This document shows, in pieces, positions 9,448 to 23,743 of a stretch of 64,000 nt of DNA (positions are counted from its first letter, which is position 1; each line of letters begins with the position of its first letter). Under the pieces are notes generated by a model. The model saw only the letters and a program-made list of their open reading frames with translations, made no database searches and was not told the DNA's origin. Source of the DNA: Paramoeba atlantica (Eukaryota > Protista > Discosea). A program made the translations under genes and the position numbers. The stretch covers positions 1-64,000 of the forward strand of contig CDRNVI010000192.1 of NCBI GenBank assembly GCA_977017575.1. The letters run 5' to 3'.

Positions 9448-10672
9448 TTTTTTTTTTTTTTTTTTGTATACTTTTTTGAGTGCAACACTCCAGCACTGCC
9501 GCATCTGCCAACGCGTGAAGTACGAACCTCGTTTTTTTTGTTTGCTCCAATCGTCCAATTAAATTGTCATGCAGTTTTTACATGAAAATAAGCATGCAGG
9601 TCACTCACCCTAGTTGTTTAGTACCTTGTTATGTTTGGTACCGGGCAGTGCCGTAGTTCGATCAAAAAATGTTTTTTTTTTTCTTTTTTAATATCCTAAA
9701 AGAATATGACATTTTTTTTTTTTGATAACCTAATATATTATCCCATACCCCGCGCAGCAGGGAGCTGAGCGTCAAAGAAAAAAAAAACCTGTGTGGCAGT
9801 CACCCTAGTTGTGTAGTACCTTGTTATATTCGGTACCGGATGGTGCCACAATCAAATCGAAACCGGACAGCAATAAAAGAATCTACAATGTGAAATGTAG
9901 AATAAGAAAACATGAAAATAAGCATGCAGGTCACTCACCCTAGTTGTTTAGTACCTTGTTATGTTTGGTACCAGGTGGTGATAGAATCCATTTCATAAGA
10001 CAGCAGGAAAAAACAGCAGGAAAAACGAACAAGATCTGGCGTGCAATTCAAGGCGTGCATAATATCTGGCGTGCAATATCTGGCGTGCAATATCTGGCGT
10101 GCAGTATCTGGCGTGCATAATATCAACAACAGAATGTACTATTTTTGAAGCTTTGACTTGAAGCAAAAGCTAATCATAGTCGTAGACCTCCAACCCATTT
10201 TTCAGCCTGAATATATTGCCGCAATTGAGAAACTACTGCGTATGCAGAATATTTCTCTAACTCAAGCTGAAAGGCTTCTCGTGTTGGCGTATAATCTAGA
10301 CCTGCCCTCTTTGCCAATGTTTTTAGTAGCTGTTTAGTCTCCTCGTGCAAGACCCCACAATCAGTAATCGCAATGCAACGGAAACTTTCGGGATCTAAGC
10401 CTTTCTCCTTCACGTATTTATTATTCTTTCTGTCTTGGGCACTCTGGAGCAAGTCATTGCTACTTTGCTTTCGGTAGCTACTGCAACACGTATGAACTAC
10501 GGTTAAATCGTATAAAATTTCACCAACGTCGGGCCACAAGATCGCAAGGTCTGGTCCGGATCTGATTCTACGAGCTCGGCATGGGTGTTGTTCTGCTGCT
10601 TCTGGGGAAATTGAACATTTGCACTTAGTGCAGAAGAATGACGTGTGAATTCGTGGCTCGATTGCACAAGGG
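9448..10672 (-). mobile_element. Truncated RLE retrotransposon, copy 6
   Basis: Same junctions, tail and TSD. Confidence 0.92.
10174..10671 (-). pseudogene. RLE fragment, copy 6
   Basis: Same translation as copy 1. Confidence 0.85.
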
Positions 10673-11309
10673 ATATAAACTACCTAAATCAAAACTATAC
10701 GATAGGGCATCGCGCCTGGCCGGCGCCACCACCCTCTCGCTACTAACTTTCCACCCCTTTCGCGTTATCAGGGTCTGCCTCGGCATAACAAAGTCGGCTG
10801 ATTTTGTCCGCAGGGTTACTTTTCGTGCTCACGTACCGCGCATCTACGGCAATTCCTTGCTTTTTAATTACATTCAAAACCTTTTCAAGTTCGTCAGAAA
10901 CGCCGGAAGATTTCGATATTTTCCTATTAAATTATCGAAGTAAAGCAAAAATTATCGAAGTAAAGTGAAGAAAATATTGTCCTAAGAATCTTCTTCTAAG
11001 AAATATTATATGAAATAACGAAACAAAAGTACATTACACGTAAACTTTATGCGTAAAAGTGCAGTATATGCTAAAGATGTATTCAAGATTGCACTGGTTG
11101 GTGCGTGCATGAAACACGTTAACCACTGCACACTTCCTAAAATTCTTTTCGTAAACTCTTAGAATTTCATTTTGTGTGAATATCGTACTTTGTAGAGATC
11201 CTATATAAAGTATACGCCCATTCAGGGTAAGGTTTACAATAACTATCAAAACATATAGTTGCAGAATAGAATGATATCAACATTCGTTTTGTCGACCTAT
11301 AATATAAAC

Positions 11310-12534
11310 TTTTTTTTTTTTTTTTTTTGTATACTTTTTTGAGTGCAACACTCCAGCACTGCCGCATCTGCCAACGCGTGAAGTACGAACCTCGTTTTTT
11401 TTGTTTGCTCCAATCGTCCAATTAAATTGTCATGCAGTTTTTACATGAAAATAAGCATGCAGGTCACTCACCCTAGTTGTTTAGTACCTTGTTATGTTTG
11501 GTACCGGGCAGTGCCGTAGTTCGATCAAAAAATGTTTTTTTTTTCTTTTTTAATATCCTAAAAGAATATGACATTTTTTTTTTTTGATAACCTAATATAT
11601 TATCCCATACCCCGCGCAGCAGGGAGCTGAGCGTCAAAGAAAAAAAAAACCTGTGTGGCAGTCACCCTAGTTGTGTAGTACCTTGTTATATTCGGTACCG
11701 GATGGTGCCACAATCAAATCGAAACCGGACAGCAATAAAAGAATCTACAATGTGAAATGTAGAATAAGAAAACATGAAAATAAGCATGCAGGTCACTCAC
11801 CCTAGTTGTTTAGTACCTTGTTATGTTTGGTACCAGGTGGTGATAGAATCCATTTCATAAGACAGCAGGAAAAAACAGCAGGAAAAACGAACAAGATCTG
11901 GCGTGCAATTCAAGGCGTGCATAATATCTGGCGTGCAATATCTGGCGTGCAATATCTGGCGTGCAGTATCTGGCGTGCATAATATCAACAACAGAATGTA
12001 CTATTTTTGAAGCTTTGACTTGAAGCAAAAGCTAATCATAGTCGTAGACCTCCAACCCATTTTTCAGCCTGAATATATTGCCGCAATTGAGAAACTACTG
12101 CGTATGCAGAATATTTCTCTAACTCAAGCTGAAAGGCTTCTCGTGTTGGCGTATAATCTAGACCTGCCCTCTTTGCCAATGTTTTTAGTAGCTGTTTAGT
12201 CTCCTCGTGCAAGACCCCACAATCAGTAATCGCAATGCAACGGAAACTTTCGGGATCTAAGCCTTTCTCCTTCACGTATTTATTATTCTTTCTGTCTTGG
12301 GCACTCTGGAGCAAGTCATTGCTACTTTGCTTTCGGTAGCTACTGCAACACGTATGAACTACGGTTAAATCGTATAAAATTTCACCAACGTCGGGCCACA
12401 AGATCGCAAGGTCTGGTCCGGATCTGATTCTACGAGCTCGGCATGGGTGTTGTTCTGCTGCTTCTGGGGAAATTGAACATTTGCACTTAGTGCAGAAGAA
12501 TGACGTGTGAATTCGTGGCTCGATTGCACAAGGG
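11310..12534 (-). mobile_element. Truncated RLE retrotransposon, copy 7
   Basis: Same junctions, tail and TSD. Confidence 0.92.
12036..12533 (-). pseudogene. RLE fragment, copy 7
   Basis: Same translation as copy 1. Confidence 0.85.
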
Positions 12535-13171
12535 ATATAAACTACCTAAATCAAAACTATACGATAGGGCATCGCGCCTGGCCGGCGCCACCACCCTCTC
12601 GCTACTAACTTTCCACCCCTTTCGCGTTATCAGGGTCTGCCTCGGCATAACAAAGTCGGCTGATTTTGTCCGCAGGGTTACTTTTCGTGCTCACGTACCG
12701 CGCATCTACGGCAATTCCTTGCTTTTTAATTACATTCAAAACCTTTTCAAGTTCGTCAGAAACGCCGGAAGATTTCGATATTTTCCTATTAAATTATCGA
12801 AGTAAAGCAAAAATTATCGAAGTAAAGTGAAGAAAATATTGTCCTAAGAATCTTCTTCTAAGAAATATTATATGAAATAACGAAACAAAAGTACATTACA
12901 CGTAAACTTTATGCGTAAAAGTGCAGTATATGCTAAAGATGTATTCAAGATTGCACTGGTTGGTGCGTGCATGAAACACGTTAACCACTGCACACTTCCT
13001 AAAATTCTTTTCGTAAACTCTTAGAATTTCATTTTGTGTGAATATCGTACTTTGTAGAGATCCTATATAAAGTATACGCCCATTCAGGGTAAGGTTTACA
13101 ATAACTATCAAAACATATAGTTGCAGAATAGAATGATATCAACATTCGTTTTGTCGACCTATAATATAAAC

Positions 13172-14397
13172 TTTTTTTTTTTTTTTTTTTGTATACTTTT
13201 TTGAGTGCAACACTCCAGCACTGCCGCATCTGCCAACGCGTGAAGTACGAACCTCGTTTTTTTTGTTTGCTCCAATCGTCCAATTAAATTGTCATGCAGT
13301 TTTTACATGAAAATAAGCATGCAGGTCACTCACCCTAGTTGTTTAGTACCTTGTTATGTTTGGTACCGGGCAGTGCCGTAGTTCGATCAAAAAATGTTTT
13401 TTTTTTTCTTTTTTAATATCCTAAAAGAATATGACATTTTTGTTTTTTGATAACCTAATATATTATCCCATACCCCGCGCAGCAGGGAGCTGAGCGTCAA
13501 AGAAAAAAAAAACCTGTGTGGCAGTCACCCTAGTTGTGTAGTACCTTGTTATATTCGGTACCGGATGGTGCCACAATCAAATCGAAACCGGACAGCAATA
13601 AAAGAATCTACAATGTGAAATGTAGAATAAGAAAACATGAAAATAAGCATGCAGGTCACTCACCCTAGTTGTTTAGTACCTTGTTATGTTTGGTACCAGG
13701 TGGTGATAGAATCCATTTCATAAGACAGCAGGAAAAAACAGCAGGAAAAACGAACAAGATCTGGCGTGCAATTCAAGGCGTGCATAATATCTGGCGTGCA
13801 ATATCTGGCGTGCAATATCTGGCGTGCAGTATCTGGCGTGCATAATATCAACAACAGAATGTACTATTTTTGAAGCTTTGACTTGAAGCAAAAGCTAATC
13901 ATAGTCGTAGACCTCCAACCCATTTTTCAGCCTGAATATATTGCCGCAATTGAGAAACTACTGCGTATGCAGAATATTTCTCTAACTCAAGCTGAAAGGC
14001 TTCTCGTGTTGGCGTATAATCTAGACCTGCCCTCTTTGCCAATGTTTTTAGTAGCTGTTTAGTCTCCTCGTGCAAGACCCCACAATCAGTAATCGCAATG
14101 CAACGGAAACTTTCGGGATCTAAGCCTTTCTCCTTCACGTATTTATTATTCTTTCTGTCTTGGGCACTCTGGAGCAAGTCATTGCTACTTTGCTTTCGGT
14201 AGCTACTGCAACACGTATGAACTACGGTTAAATCGTATAAAATTTCACCAACGTCGGGCCACAAGATCGCAAGGTCTGGTCCGGATCTGATTCTACGAGC
14301 TCGGCATGGGTGTTGTTCTGCTGCTTCTGGGGAAATTGAACATTTGCACTTAGTGCAGAAGAATGACGTGTGAATTCGTGGCTCGATTGCACAAGGG
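13172..14397 (-). mobile_element. Truncated RLE retrotransposon, copy 8
   Basis: Same junctions, tail and TSD. Confidence 0.92.
13899..14396 (-). pseudogene. RLE fragment, copy 8
   Basis: Same translation as copy 1. Confidence 0.85.
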
Positions 14398-16292
14398 ATA
14401 TAAACTACCTAAATCAAAACTATACGATAGGGCATCGCGCCTGGCCGGCGCCACCACCCTCTCGCTACTAACTTTCCACCCCTTTCGCGTTATCAGGGTC
14501 TGCCTCGGCATAACAAAGTCGGCTGATTTTGTCCGCAGGGTTACTTTTCGTGCTCACGTACCGCGCATCTACGGCAATTCCTTGCTTTTTAATTACATTC
14601 AAAACCTTTTCAAGTTCGTCAGAAACGCCGGAAGATTTCGATATTTTCCTATTAAATTATCGAAGTAAAGCAAAAATTATCGAAGTAAAGTGAAGAAAAT
14701 ATTGTCCTAAGAATCTTCTTCTAAGAAATATTATATGAAATAACGAAACAAAATTACATTACACGTAAACTTTATGCGTAAAAGTGCAGTATATGCTAAA
14801 GATGTATTCAAGATTGCACTGGTTGGTGCGTGCATGAAACACGTTAACCACTGCACACTTCCTAAAATTCTTTTCGTAAACTCTTAGAATTTCATTTTGT
14901 GTGAATATCGTACTTTGTAGAGATCCTATATAAAGTATACGCCCATTCAGGGTAAGGTTTACAATAACTATCAAAACATATAGTTGCAGAATAGAATGAT
15001 ATCAACATTCGTTTTGTCGACCTATAATATAAACTACCTAAATCAAAACTATACGATAGGGCATCGCGCCTGGCCGGCGCCACCACCCTCTCGCTACTAA
15101 CTTTCCACCCCTTTCGCGTTATCAGGGTCTGCCTCGGCATAACGAAGTCGGCTGATTTTGTCCGCAGGGTTACTTTTCGTGCTCACGTACCGCGCATCTA
15201 CGGCAATTCCTTGCTTTTTAATTACATTCAAAACCTTTTCAAGTTCGTCAGAAACGCCGGAAGATTTCGATATTTTCCTATTAAATTATCGAAGTAAAGC
15301 AAAAATTATCGAAGTAAAGTGAAGAAAATATTGTCCTAAGAATCTTCTTCTAAGAAATATTATATGAAATAACGAAACAAAAGTACATTACACGTAAACT
15401 TTATGCGTAAAAGTGCAGTATATGCTAAAGATGTATTCAAGATTGCACTGGTTGGTGCGTGCATGAAACACGTTAACCACTGCACACTTCCTAAAATTCT
15501 TTTCGTAAACTCTTAGAATTTCATTTTGTGTGAATATCGTACTTTGTAGAGATCCTATATAAAGTATACGCCCATTCAGGGTAAGGTTTACAATAACTAT
15601 CAAAACATATAGTTGCAGAATAGAATGATATCAACATTCGTTTTGTCGACCTATAATATAAACTACCTAAATCAAAACTATACGATAGGGCATCGCGCCT
15701 GGCCGGCGCCACCACCCTCTCGCTACTAACTTTCCACCCCTTTCGCGTTATCAGGGTCTGCCTCGGCATAACGAAGTCGGCTGATTTTGTCCGCAGGGTT
15801 ACTTTTCGTGCTCACGTACCGCGCATCTACGGCAATTCCTTGCTTTTTAATTACATTCAAAACCTTTTCAAGTTCGTCAGAAACGCCGGAAGATTTCGAT
15901 ATTTTCCTATTAAATTATCGAAGTAAAGCAAAAATTATCGAAGTAAAGTGAAGAAAATATTGTCCTAAGAATCTTCTTCTAAGAAATATTATATGAAATA
16001 ACGAAACAAAAGTACATTACACGTAAACTTTATGCGTAAAAGTGCAGTATATGCTAAAGATGTATTCAAGATTGCACTGGTTGGTGCGTGCATGAAACAC
16101 GTTAACCACTGCACACTTCCTAAAATTCTTTTCGTAAACTCTTAGAATTTCATTTTGTGTGAATATCGTACTTTGTAGAGATCCTATATAAAGTATACGC
16201 CCATTCAGGGTAAGGTTTACAATAACTATCAAAACATATAGTTGCAGAATAGAATGATATCAACATTCGTTTTGTCGACCTATAATATAAAC

Positions 16293-17517
16293 TTTTTTTT
16301 TTTTTTTTTTTGTATACTTTTTTGAGTGCAACACTCCAGCACTGCCGCATCTGCCAACGCGTGAAGTACGAACCTCGTTTTTTTTGTTTGCTCCAATCGT
16401 CCAATTAAATTGTCATGCAGTTTTTACATGAAAATAAGCATGCAGGTCACTCACCCTAGTTGTTTAGTACCTTGTTATGTTTGGTACCGGGCAGTGCCGT
16501 AGTTCGATCAAAAAATGTTTTTTTTTTCTTTTTTAATATCCTAAAAGAATATGACATTTTTTTTTTTTGATAACCTAATATATTATCCCATACCCCGCGC
16601 AGCAGGGAGCTGAGCGTCAAAGAAAAAAAAAACCTGTGTGGCAGTCACCCTAGTTGTGTAGTACCTTGTTATATTCGGTACCGGATGGTGCCACAATCAA
16701 ATCGAAACCGGACAGCAATAAAAGAATCTACAATGTGAAATGTAGAATAAGAAAACATGAAAATAAGCATGCAGGTCACTCACCCTAGTTGTTTAGTACC
16801 TTGTTATGTTTGGTACCAGGTGGTGATAGAATCCATTTCATAAGACAGCAGGAAAAAACAGCAGGAAAAACGAACAAGATCTGGCGTGCAATTCAAGGCG
16901 TGCATAATATCTGGCGTGCAATATCTGGCGTGCAATATCTGGCGTGCAGTATCTGGCGTGCATAATATCAACAACAGAATGTACTATTTTTGAAGCTTTG
17001 ACTTGAAGCAAAAGCTAATCATAGTCGTAGACCTCCAACCCATTTTTCAGCCTGAATATATTGCCGCAATTGAGAAACTACTGCGTATGCAGAATATTTC
17101 TCTAACTCAAGCTGAAAGGCTTCTCGTGTTGGCGTATAATCTAGACCTGCCCTCTTTGCCAATGTTTTTAGTAGCTGTTTAGTCTCCTCGTGCAAGACCC
17201 CACAATCAGTAATCGCAATGCAACGGAAACTTTCGGGATCTAAGCCTTTCTCCTTCACGTATTTATTATTCTTTCTGTCTTGGGCACTCTGGAGCAAGTC
17301 ATTGCTACTTTGCTTTCGGTAGCTACTGCAACACGTATGAACTACGGTTAAATCGTATAAAATTTCACCAACGTCGGGCCACAAGATCGCAAGGTCTGGT
17401 CCGGATCTGATTCTACGAGCTCGGCATGGGTGTTGTTCTGCTGCTTCTGGGGAAATTGAACATTTGCACTTAGTGCAGAAGAATGACGTGTGAATTCGTG
17501 GCTCGATTGCACAAGGG
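16293..17517 (-). mobile_element. Truncated RLE retrotransposon, copy 9
   Basis: Same junctions, tail and TSD. Confidence 0.92.
17019..17516 (-). pseudogene. RLE fragment, copy 9
   Basis: Same translation as copy 1. Confidence 0.85.
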
Positions 17518-18154
17518 ATATAAACTACCTAAATCAAAACTATACGATAGGGCATCGCGCCTGGCCGGCGCCACCACCCTCTCGCTACTAACTTTCCACC
17601 CCTTTCGCGTTATCAGGGTCTGCCTCGGCATAACAAAGTCGGCTGATTTTGTCCGCAGGGTTACTTTTCGTGCTCACGTACCGCGCATCTACGGCAATTC
17701 CTTGCTTTTTAATTACATTCAAAACCTTTTCAAGTTCGTCAGAAACGCCGGAAGATTTCGATATTTTCCTATTAAATTATCGAAGTAAAGCAAAAATTAT
17801 CGAAGTAAAGTGAAGAAAATATTGTCCTAAGAATCTTCTTCTAAGAAATATTATATGAAATAACGAAACAAAAGTACATTACACGTAAACTTTATGCGTA
17901 AAAGTGCAGTATATGCTAAAGATGTATTCAAGATTGCACTGGTTGGTGCGTGCATGAAACACGTTAACCACTGCACACTTCCTAAAATTCTTTTCGTAAA
18001 CTCTTAGAATTTCATTTTGTGTGAATATCGTACTTTGTAGAGATCCTATATAAAGTATACGCCCATTCAGGGTAAGGTTTACAATAACTATCAAAACATA
18101 TAGTTGCAGAATAGAATGATATCAACATTCGTTTTGTCGACCTATAATATAAAC

Positions 18155-19380
18155 TTTTTTTTTTTTTTTTTTTGTATACTTTTTTGAGTGCAACACTCCA
18201 GCACTGCCGCATCTGCCAACGCGTGAAGTACGAACCTCGTTTTTTTTGTTTGCTCCAATCGTCCAATTAAATTGTCATGCAGTTTTTACATGAAAATAAG
18301 CATGCAGGTCACTCACCCTAGTTGTTTAGTACCTTGTTATGTTTGGTACCGGGCAGTGCCGTAGTTCGATCAAAAAATGTTTTTTTTTTTCTTTTTTAAT
18401 ATCCTAAAAGAATATGACATTTTTTTTTTTTGATAACCTAATATATTATCCCATACCCCGCGCAGCAGGGAGCTGAGCGTCAAAGAAAAAAAAAACCTGT
18501 GTGGCAGTCACCCTAGTTGTGTAGTACCTTGTTATATTCGGTACCGGATGGTGCCACAATCAAATCGAAACCGGACAGCAATAAAAGAATCTACAATGTG
18601 AAATGTAGAATAAGAAAACATGAAAATAAGCATGCAGGTCACTCACCCTAGTTGTTTAGTACCTTGTTATGTTTGGTACCAGGTGGTGATAGAATCCATT
18701 TCATAAGACAGCAGGAAAAAACAGCAGGAAAAACGAACAAGATCTGGCGTGCAATTCAAGGCGTGCATAATATCTGGCGTGCAATATCTGGCGTGCAATA
18801 TCTGGCGTGCAGTATCTGGCGTGCATAATATCAACAACAGAATGTACTATTTTTGAAGCTTTGACTTGAAGCAAAAGCTAATCATAGTCGTAGACCTCCA
18901 ACCCATTTTTCAGCCTGAATATATTGCCGCAATTGAGAAACTACTGCGTATGCAGAATATTTCTCTAACTCAAGCTGAAAGGCTTCTCGTGTTGGCGTAT
19001 AATCTAGACCTGCCCTCTTTGCCAATGTTTTTAGTAGCTGTTTAGTCTCCTCGTGCAAGACCCCACAATCAGTAATCGCAATGCAACGGAAACTTTCGGG
19101 ATCTAAGCCTTTCTCCTTCACGTATTTATTATTCTTTCTGTCTTGGGCACTCTGGAGCAAGTCATTGCTACTTTGCTTTCGGTAGCTACTGCAACACGTA
19201 TGAACTACGGTTAAATCGTATAAAATTTCACCAACGTCGGGCCACAAGATCGCAAGGTCTGGTCCGGATCTGATTCTACGAGCTCGGCATGGGTGTTGTT
19301 CTGCTGCTTCTGGGGAAATTGAACATTTGCACTTAGTGCAGAAGAATGACGTGTGAATTCGTGGCTCGATTGCACAAGGG
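18155..19380 (-). mobile_element. Truncated RLE retrotransposon, copy 10
   Basis: Same junctions, tail and TSD. Confidence 0.92.
18882..19379 (-). pseudogene. RLE fragment, copy 10
   Basis: Same translation as copy 1. Confidence 0.85.
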
Positions 19381-20017
19381 ATATAAACTACCTAAATCAA
19401 AACTATACGATAGGGCATCGCGCCTGGCCGGCGCCACCACCCTCTCGCTACTAACTTTCCACCCCTTTCGCGTTATCAGGGTCTGCCTCGGCATAACAAA
19501 GTCGGCTGATTTTGTCCGCAGGGTTACTTTTCGTGCTCACGTACCGCGCATCTACGGCAATTCCTTGCTTTTTAATTACATTCAAAACCTTTTCAAGTTC
19601 GTCAGAAACGCCGGAAGATTTCGATATTTTCCTATTAAATTATCGAAGTAAAGCAAAAATTATCGAAGTAAAGTGAAGAAAATATTGTCCTAAGAATCTT
19701 CTTCTAAGAAATATTATATGAAATAACGAAACAAAAGTACATTACACGTAAACTTTATGCGTAAAAGTGCAGTATATGCTAAAGATGTATTCAAGATTGC
19801 ACTGGTTGGTGCGTGCATGAAACACGTTAACCACTGCACACTTCCTAAAATTCTTTTCGTAAACTCTTAGAATTTCATTTTGTGTGAATATCGTACTTTG
19901 TAGAGATCCTATATAAAGTATACGCCCATTCAGGGTAAGGTTTACAATAACTATCAAAACATATAGTTGCAGAATAGAATGATATCAACATTCGTTTTGT
20001 CGACCTATAATATAAAC

Positions 20018-21243
20018 TTTTTTTTTTTTTTTTTTTGTATACTTTTTTGAGTGCAACACTCCAGCACTGCCGCATCTGCCAACGCGTGAAGTACGAACCT
20101 CGTTTTTTTTGTTTGCTCCAATCGTCCAATTAAATTGTCATGCAGTTTTTACATGAAAATAAGCATGCAGGTCACTCACCCTAGTTGTTTAGTACCTTGT
20201 TATGTTTGGTACCGGGCAGTGCCGTAGTTCGATCAAAAAATGTTTTTTTTTTTCTTTTTTAATATCCTAAAAGAATATGACATTTTTTTTTTTTGATAAC
20301 CTAATATATTATCCCATACCCCGCGCAGCAGGGAGCTGAGCGTCAAAGAAAAAAAAAACCTGTGTGGCAGTCACCCTAGTTGTGTAGTACCTTGTTATAT
20401 TCGGTACCGGATGGTGCCACAATCAAATCGAAACCGGACAGCAATAAAAGAATCTACAATGTGAAATGTAGAATAAGAAAACATGAAAATAAGCATGCAG
20501 GTCACTCACCCTAGTTGTTTAGTACCTTGTTATGTTTGGTACCAGGTGGTGATAGAATCCATTTCATAAGACAGCAGGAAAAAACAGCAGGAAAAACGAA
20601 CAAGATCTGGCGTGCAATTCAAGGCGTGCATAATATCTGGCGTGCAATATCTGGCGTGCAATATCTGGCGTGCAGTATCTGGCGTGCATAATATCAACAA
20701 CAGAATGTACTATTTTTGAAGCTTTGACTTGAAGCAAAAGCTAATCATAGTCGTAGACCTCCAACCCATTTTTCAGCCTGAATATATTGCCGCAATTGAG
20801 AAACTACTGCGTATGCAGAATATTTCTCTAACTCAAGCTGAAAGGCTTCTCGTGTTGGCGTATAATCTAGACCTGCCCTCTTTGCCAATGTTTTTAGTAG
20901 CTGTTTAGTCTCCTCGTGCAAGACCCCACAATCAGTAATCGCAATGCAACGGAAACTTTCGGGATCTAAGCCTTTCTCCTTCACGTATTTATTATTCTTT
21001 CTGTCTTGGGCACTCTGGAGCAAGTCATTGCTACTTTGCTTTCGGTAGCTACTGCAACACGTATGAACTACGGTTAAATCGTATAAAATTTCACCAACGT
21101 CGGGCCACAAGATCGCAAGGTCTGGTCCGGATCTGATTCTACGAGCTCGGCATGGGTGTTGTTCTGCTGCTTCTGGGGAAATTGAACATTTGCACTTAGT
21201 GCAGAAGAATGACGTGTGAATTCGTGGCTCGATTGCACAAGGG
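20018..21243 (-). mobile_element. Truncated RLE retrotransposon, copy 11
   Basis: Same junctions, tail and TSD. Confidence 0.92.
20745..21242 (-). pseudogene. RLE fragment, copy 11
   Basis: Same translation as copy 1. Confidence 0.85.
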
Positions 21244-21880
21244 ATATAAACTACCTAAATCAAAACTATACGATAGGGCATCGCGCCTGGCCGGCGCCAC
21301 CACCCTCTCGCTACTAACTTTCCACCCCTTTCGCGTTATCAGGGTCTGCCTCGGCATAACAAAGTCGGCTGATTTTGTCCGCAGGGTTACTTTTCGTGCT
21401 CACGTACCGCGCATCTACGGCAATTCCTTGCTTTTTAATTACATTCAAAACCTTTTCAAGTTCGTCAGAAACGCCGGAAGATTTCGATATTTTCCTATTA
21501 AATTATCGAAGTAAAGCAAAAATTATCGAAGTAAAGTGAAGAAAATATTGTCCTAAGAATCTTCTTCTAAGAAATATTATATGAAATAACGAAACAAAAG
21601 TACATTACACGTAAACTTTATGCGTAAAAGTGCAGTATATGCTAAAGATGTATTCAAGATTGCACTGGTTGGTGCGTGCATGAAACACGTTAACCACTGC
21701 ACACTTCCTAAAATTCTTTTCGTAAACTCTTAGAATTTCATTTTGTGTGAATATCGTACTTTGTAGAGATCCTATATAAAGTATACGCCCATTCAGGGTA
21801 AGGTTTACAATAACTATCAAAACATATAGTTGCAGAATAGAATGATATCAACATTCGTTTTGTCGACCTATAATATAAAC

Positions 21881-23106
21881 TTTTTTTTTTTTTTTTTTTG
21901 TATACTTTTTTGAGTGCAACACTCCAGCACTGCCGCATCTGCCAACGCGTGAAGTACGAACCTCGTTTTTTTTGTTTGCTCCAATCGTCCAATTAAATTG
22001 TCATGCAGTTTTTACATGAAAATAAGCATGCAGGTCACTCACCCTAGTTGTTTAGTACCTTGTTATGTTTGGTACCGGGCAGTGCCGTAGTTCGATCAAA
22101 AAATGTTTTTTTTTTTCTTTTTTAATATCCTAAAAGAATATGACATTTTTTTTTTTTGATAACCTAATATATTATCCCATACCCCGCGCAGCAGGGAGCT
22201 GAGCGTCAAAGAAAAAAAAAACCTGTGTGGCAGTCACCCTAGTTGTGTAGTACCTTGTTATATTCGGTACCGGATGGTGCCACAATCAAATCGAAACCGG
22301 ACAGCAATAAAAGAATCTACAATGTGAAATGTAGAATAAGAAAACATGAAAATAAGCATGCAGGTCACTCACCCTAGTTGTTTAGTACCTTGTTATGTTT
22401 GGTACCAGGTGGTGATAGAATCCATTTCATAAGACAGCAGGAAAAAACAGCAGGAAAAACGAACAAGATCTGGCGTGCAATTCAAGGCGTGCATAATATC
22501 TGGCGTGCAATATCTGGCGTGCAATATCTGGCGTGCAGTATCTGGCGTGCATAATATCAACAACAGAATGTACTATTTTTGAAGCTTTGACTTGAAGCAA
22601 AAGCTAATCATAGTCGTAGACCTCCAACCCATTTTTCAGCCTGAATATATTGCCGCAATTGAGAAACTACTGCGTATGCAGAATATTTCTCTAACTCAAG
22701 CTGAAAGGCTTCTCGTGTTGGCGTATAATCTAGACCTGCCCTCTTTGCCAATGTTTTTAGTAGCTGTTTAGTCTCCTCGTGCAAGACCCCACAATCAGTA
22801 ATCGCAATGCAACGGAAACTTTCGGGATCTAAGCCTTTCTCCTTCACGTATTTATTATTCTTTCTGTCTTGGGCACTCTGGAGCAAGTCATTGCTACTTT
22901 GCTTTCGGTAGCTACTGCAACACGTATGAACTACGGTTAAATCGTATAAAATTTCACCAACGTCGGGCCACAAGATCGCAAGGTCTGGTCCGGATCTGAT
23001 TCTACGAGCTCGGCATGGGTGTTGTTCTGCTGCTTCTGGGGAAATTGAACATTTGCACTTAGTGCAGAAGAATGACGTGTGAATTCGTGGCTCGATTGCA
23101 CAAGGG
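21881..23106 (-). mobile_element. Truncated RLE retrotransposon, copy 12
   Basis: Same junctions, tail and TSD. Confidence 0.92.
22608..23105 (-). pseudogene. RLE fragment, copy 12
   Basis: Same translation as copy 1. Confidence 0.85.
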
Positions 23107-23743
23107 ATATAAACTACCTAAATCAAAACTATACGATAGGGCATCGCGCCTGGCCGGCGCCACCACCCTCTCGCTACTAACTTTCCACCCCTTTCGCGTT
23201 ATCAGGGTCTGCCTCGGCATAACAAAGTCGGCTGATTTTGTCCGCAGGGTTACTTTTCGTGCTCACGTACCGCGCATCTACGGCAATTCCTTGCTTTTTA
23301 ATTACATTCAAAACCTTTTCAAGTTCGTCAGAAACGCCGGAAGATTTCGATATTTTCCTATTAAATTATCGAAGTAAAGCAAAAATTATCGAAGTAAAGT
23401 GAAGAAAATATTGTCCTAAGAATCTTCTTCTAAGAAATATTATATGAAATAACGAAACAAAAGTACATTACACGTAAACTTTATGCGTAAAAGTGCAGTA
23501 TATGCTAAAGATGTATTCAAGATTGCACTGGTTGGTGCGTGCATGAAACACGTTAACCACTGCACACTTCCTAAAATTCTTTTCGTAAACTCTTAGAATT
23601 TCATTTTGTGTGAATATCGTACTTTGTAGAGATCCTATATAAAGTATACGCCCATTCAGGGTAAGGTTTACAATAACTATCAAAACATATAGTTGCAGAA
23701 TAGAATGATATCAACATTCGTTTTGTCGACCTATAATATAAAC

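Larger units (their letters stand above)
1..15026. repeat. Run of 8 consecutive occupied junctions (~1,863-bp composite units)
   Basis: RLE frame stops at 864, 2727, 4590, 6469, 8312, 10174, 12036, 13899. Confidence 0.97.
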
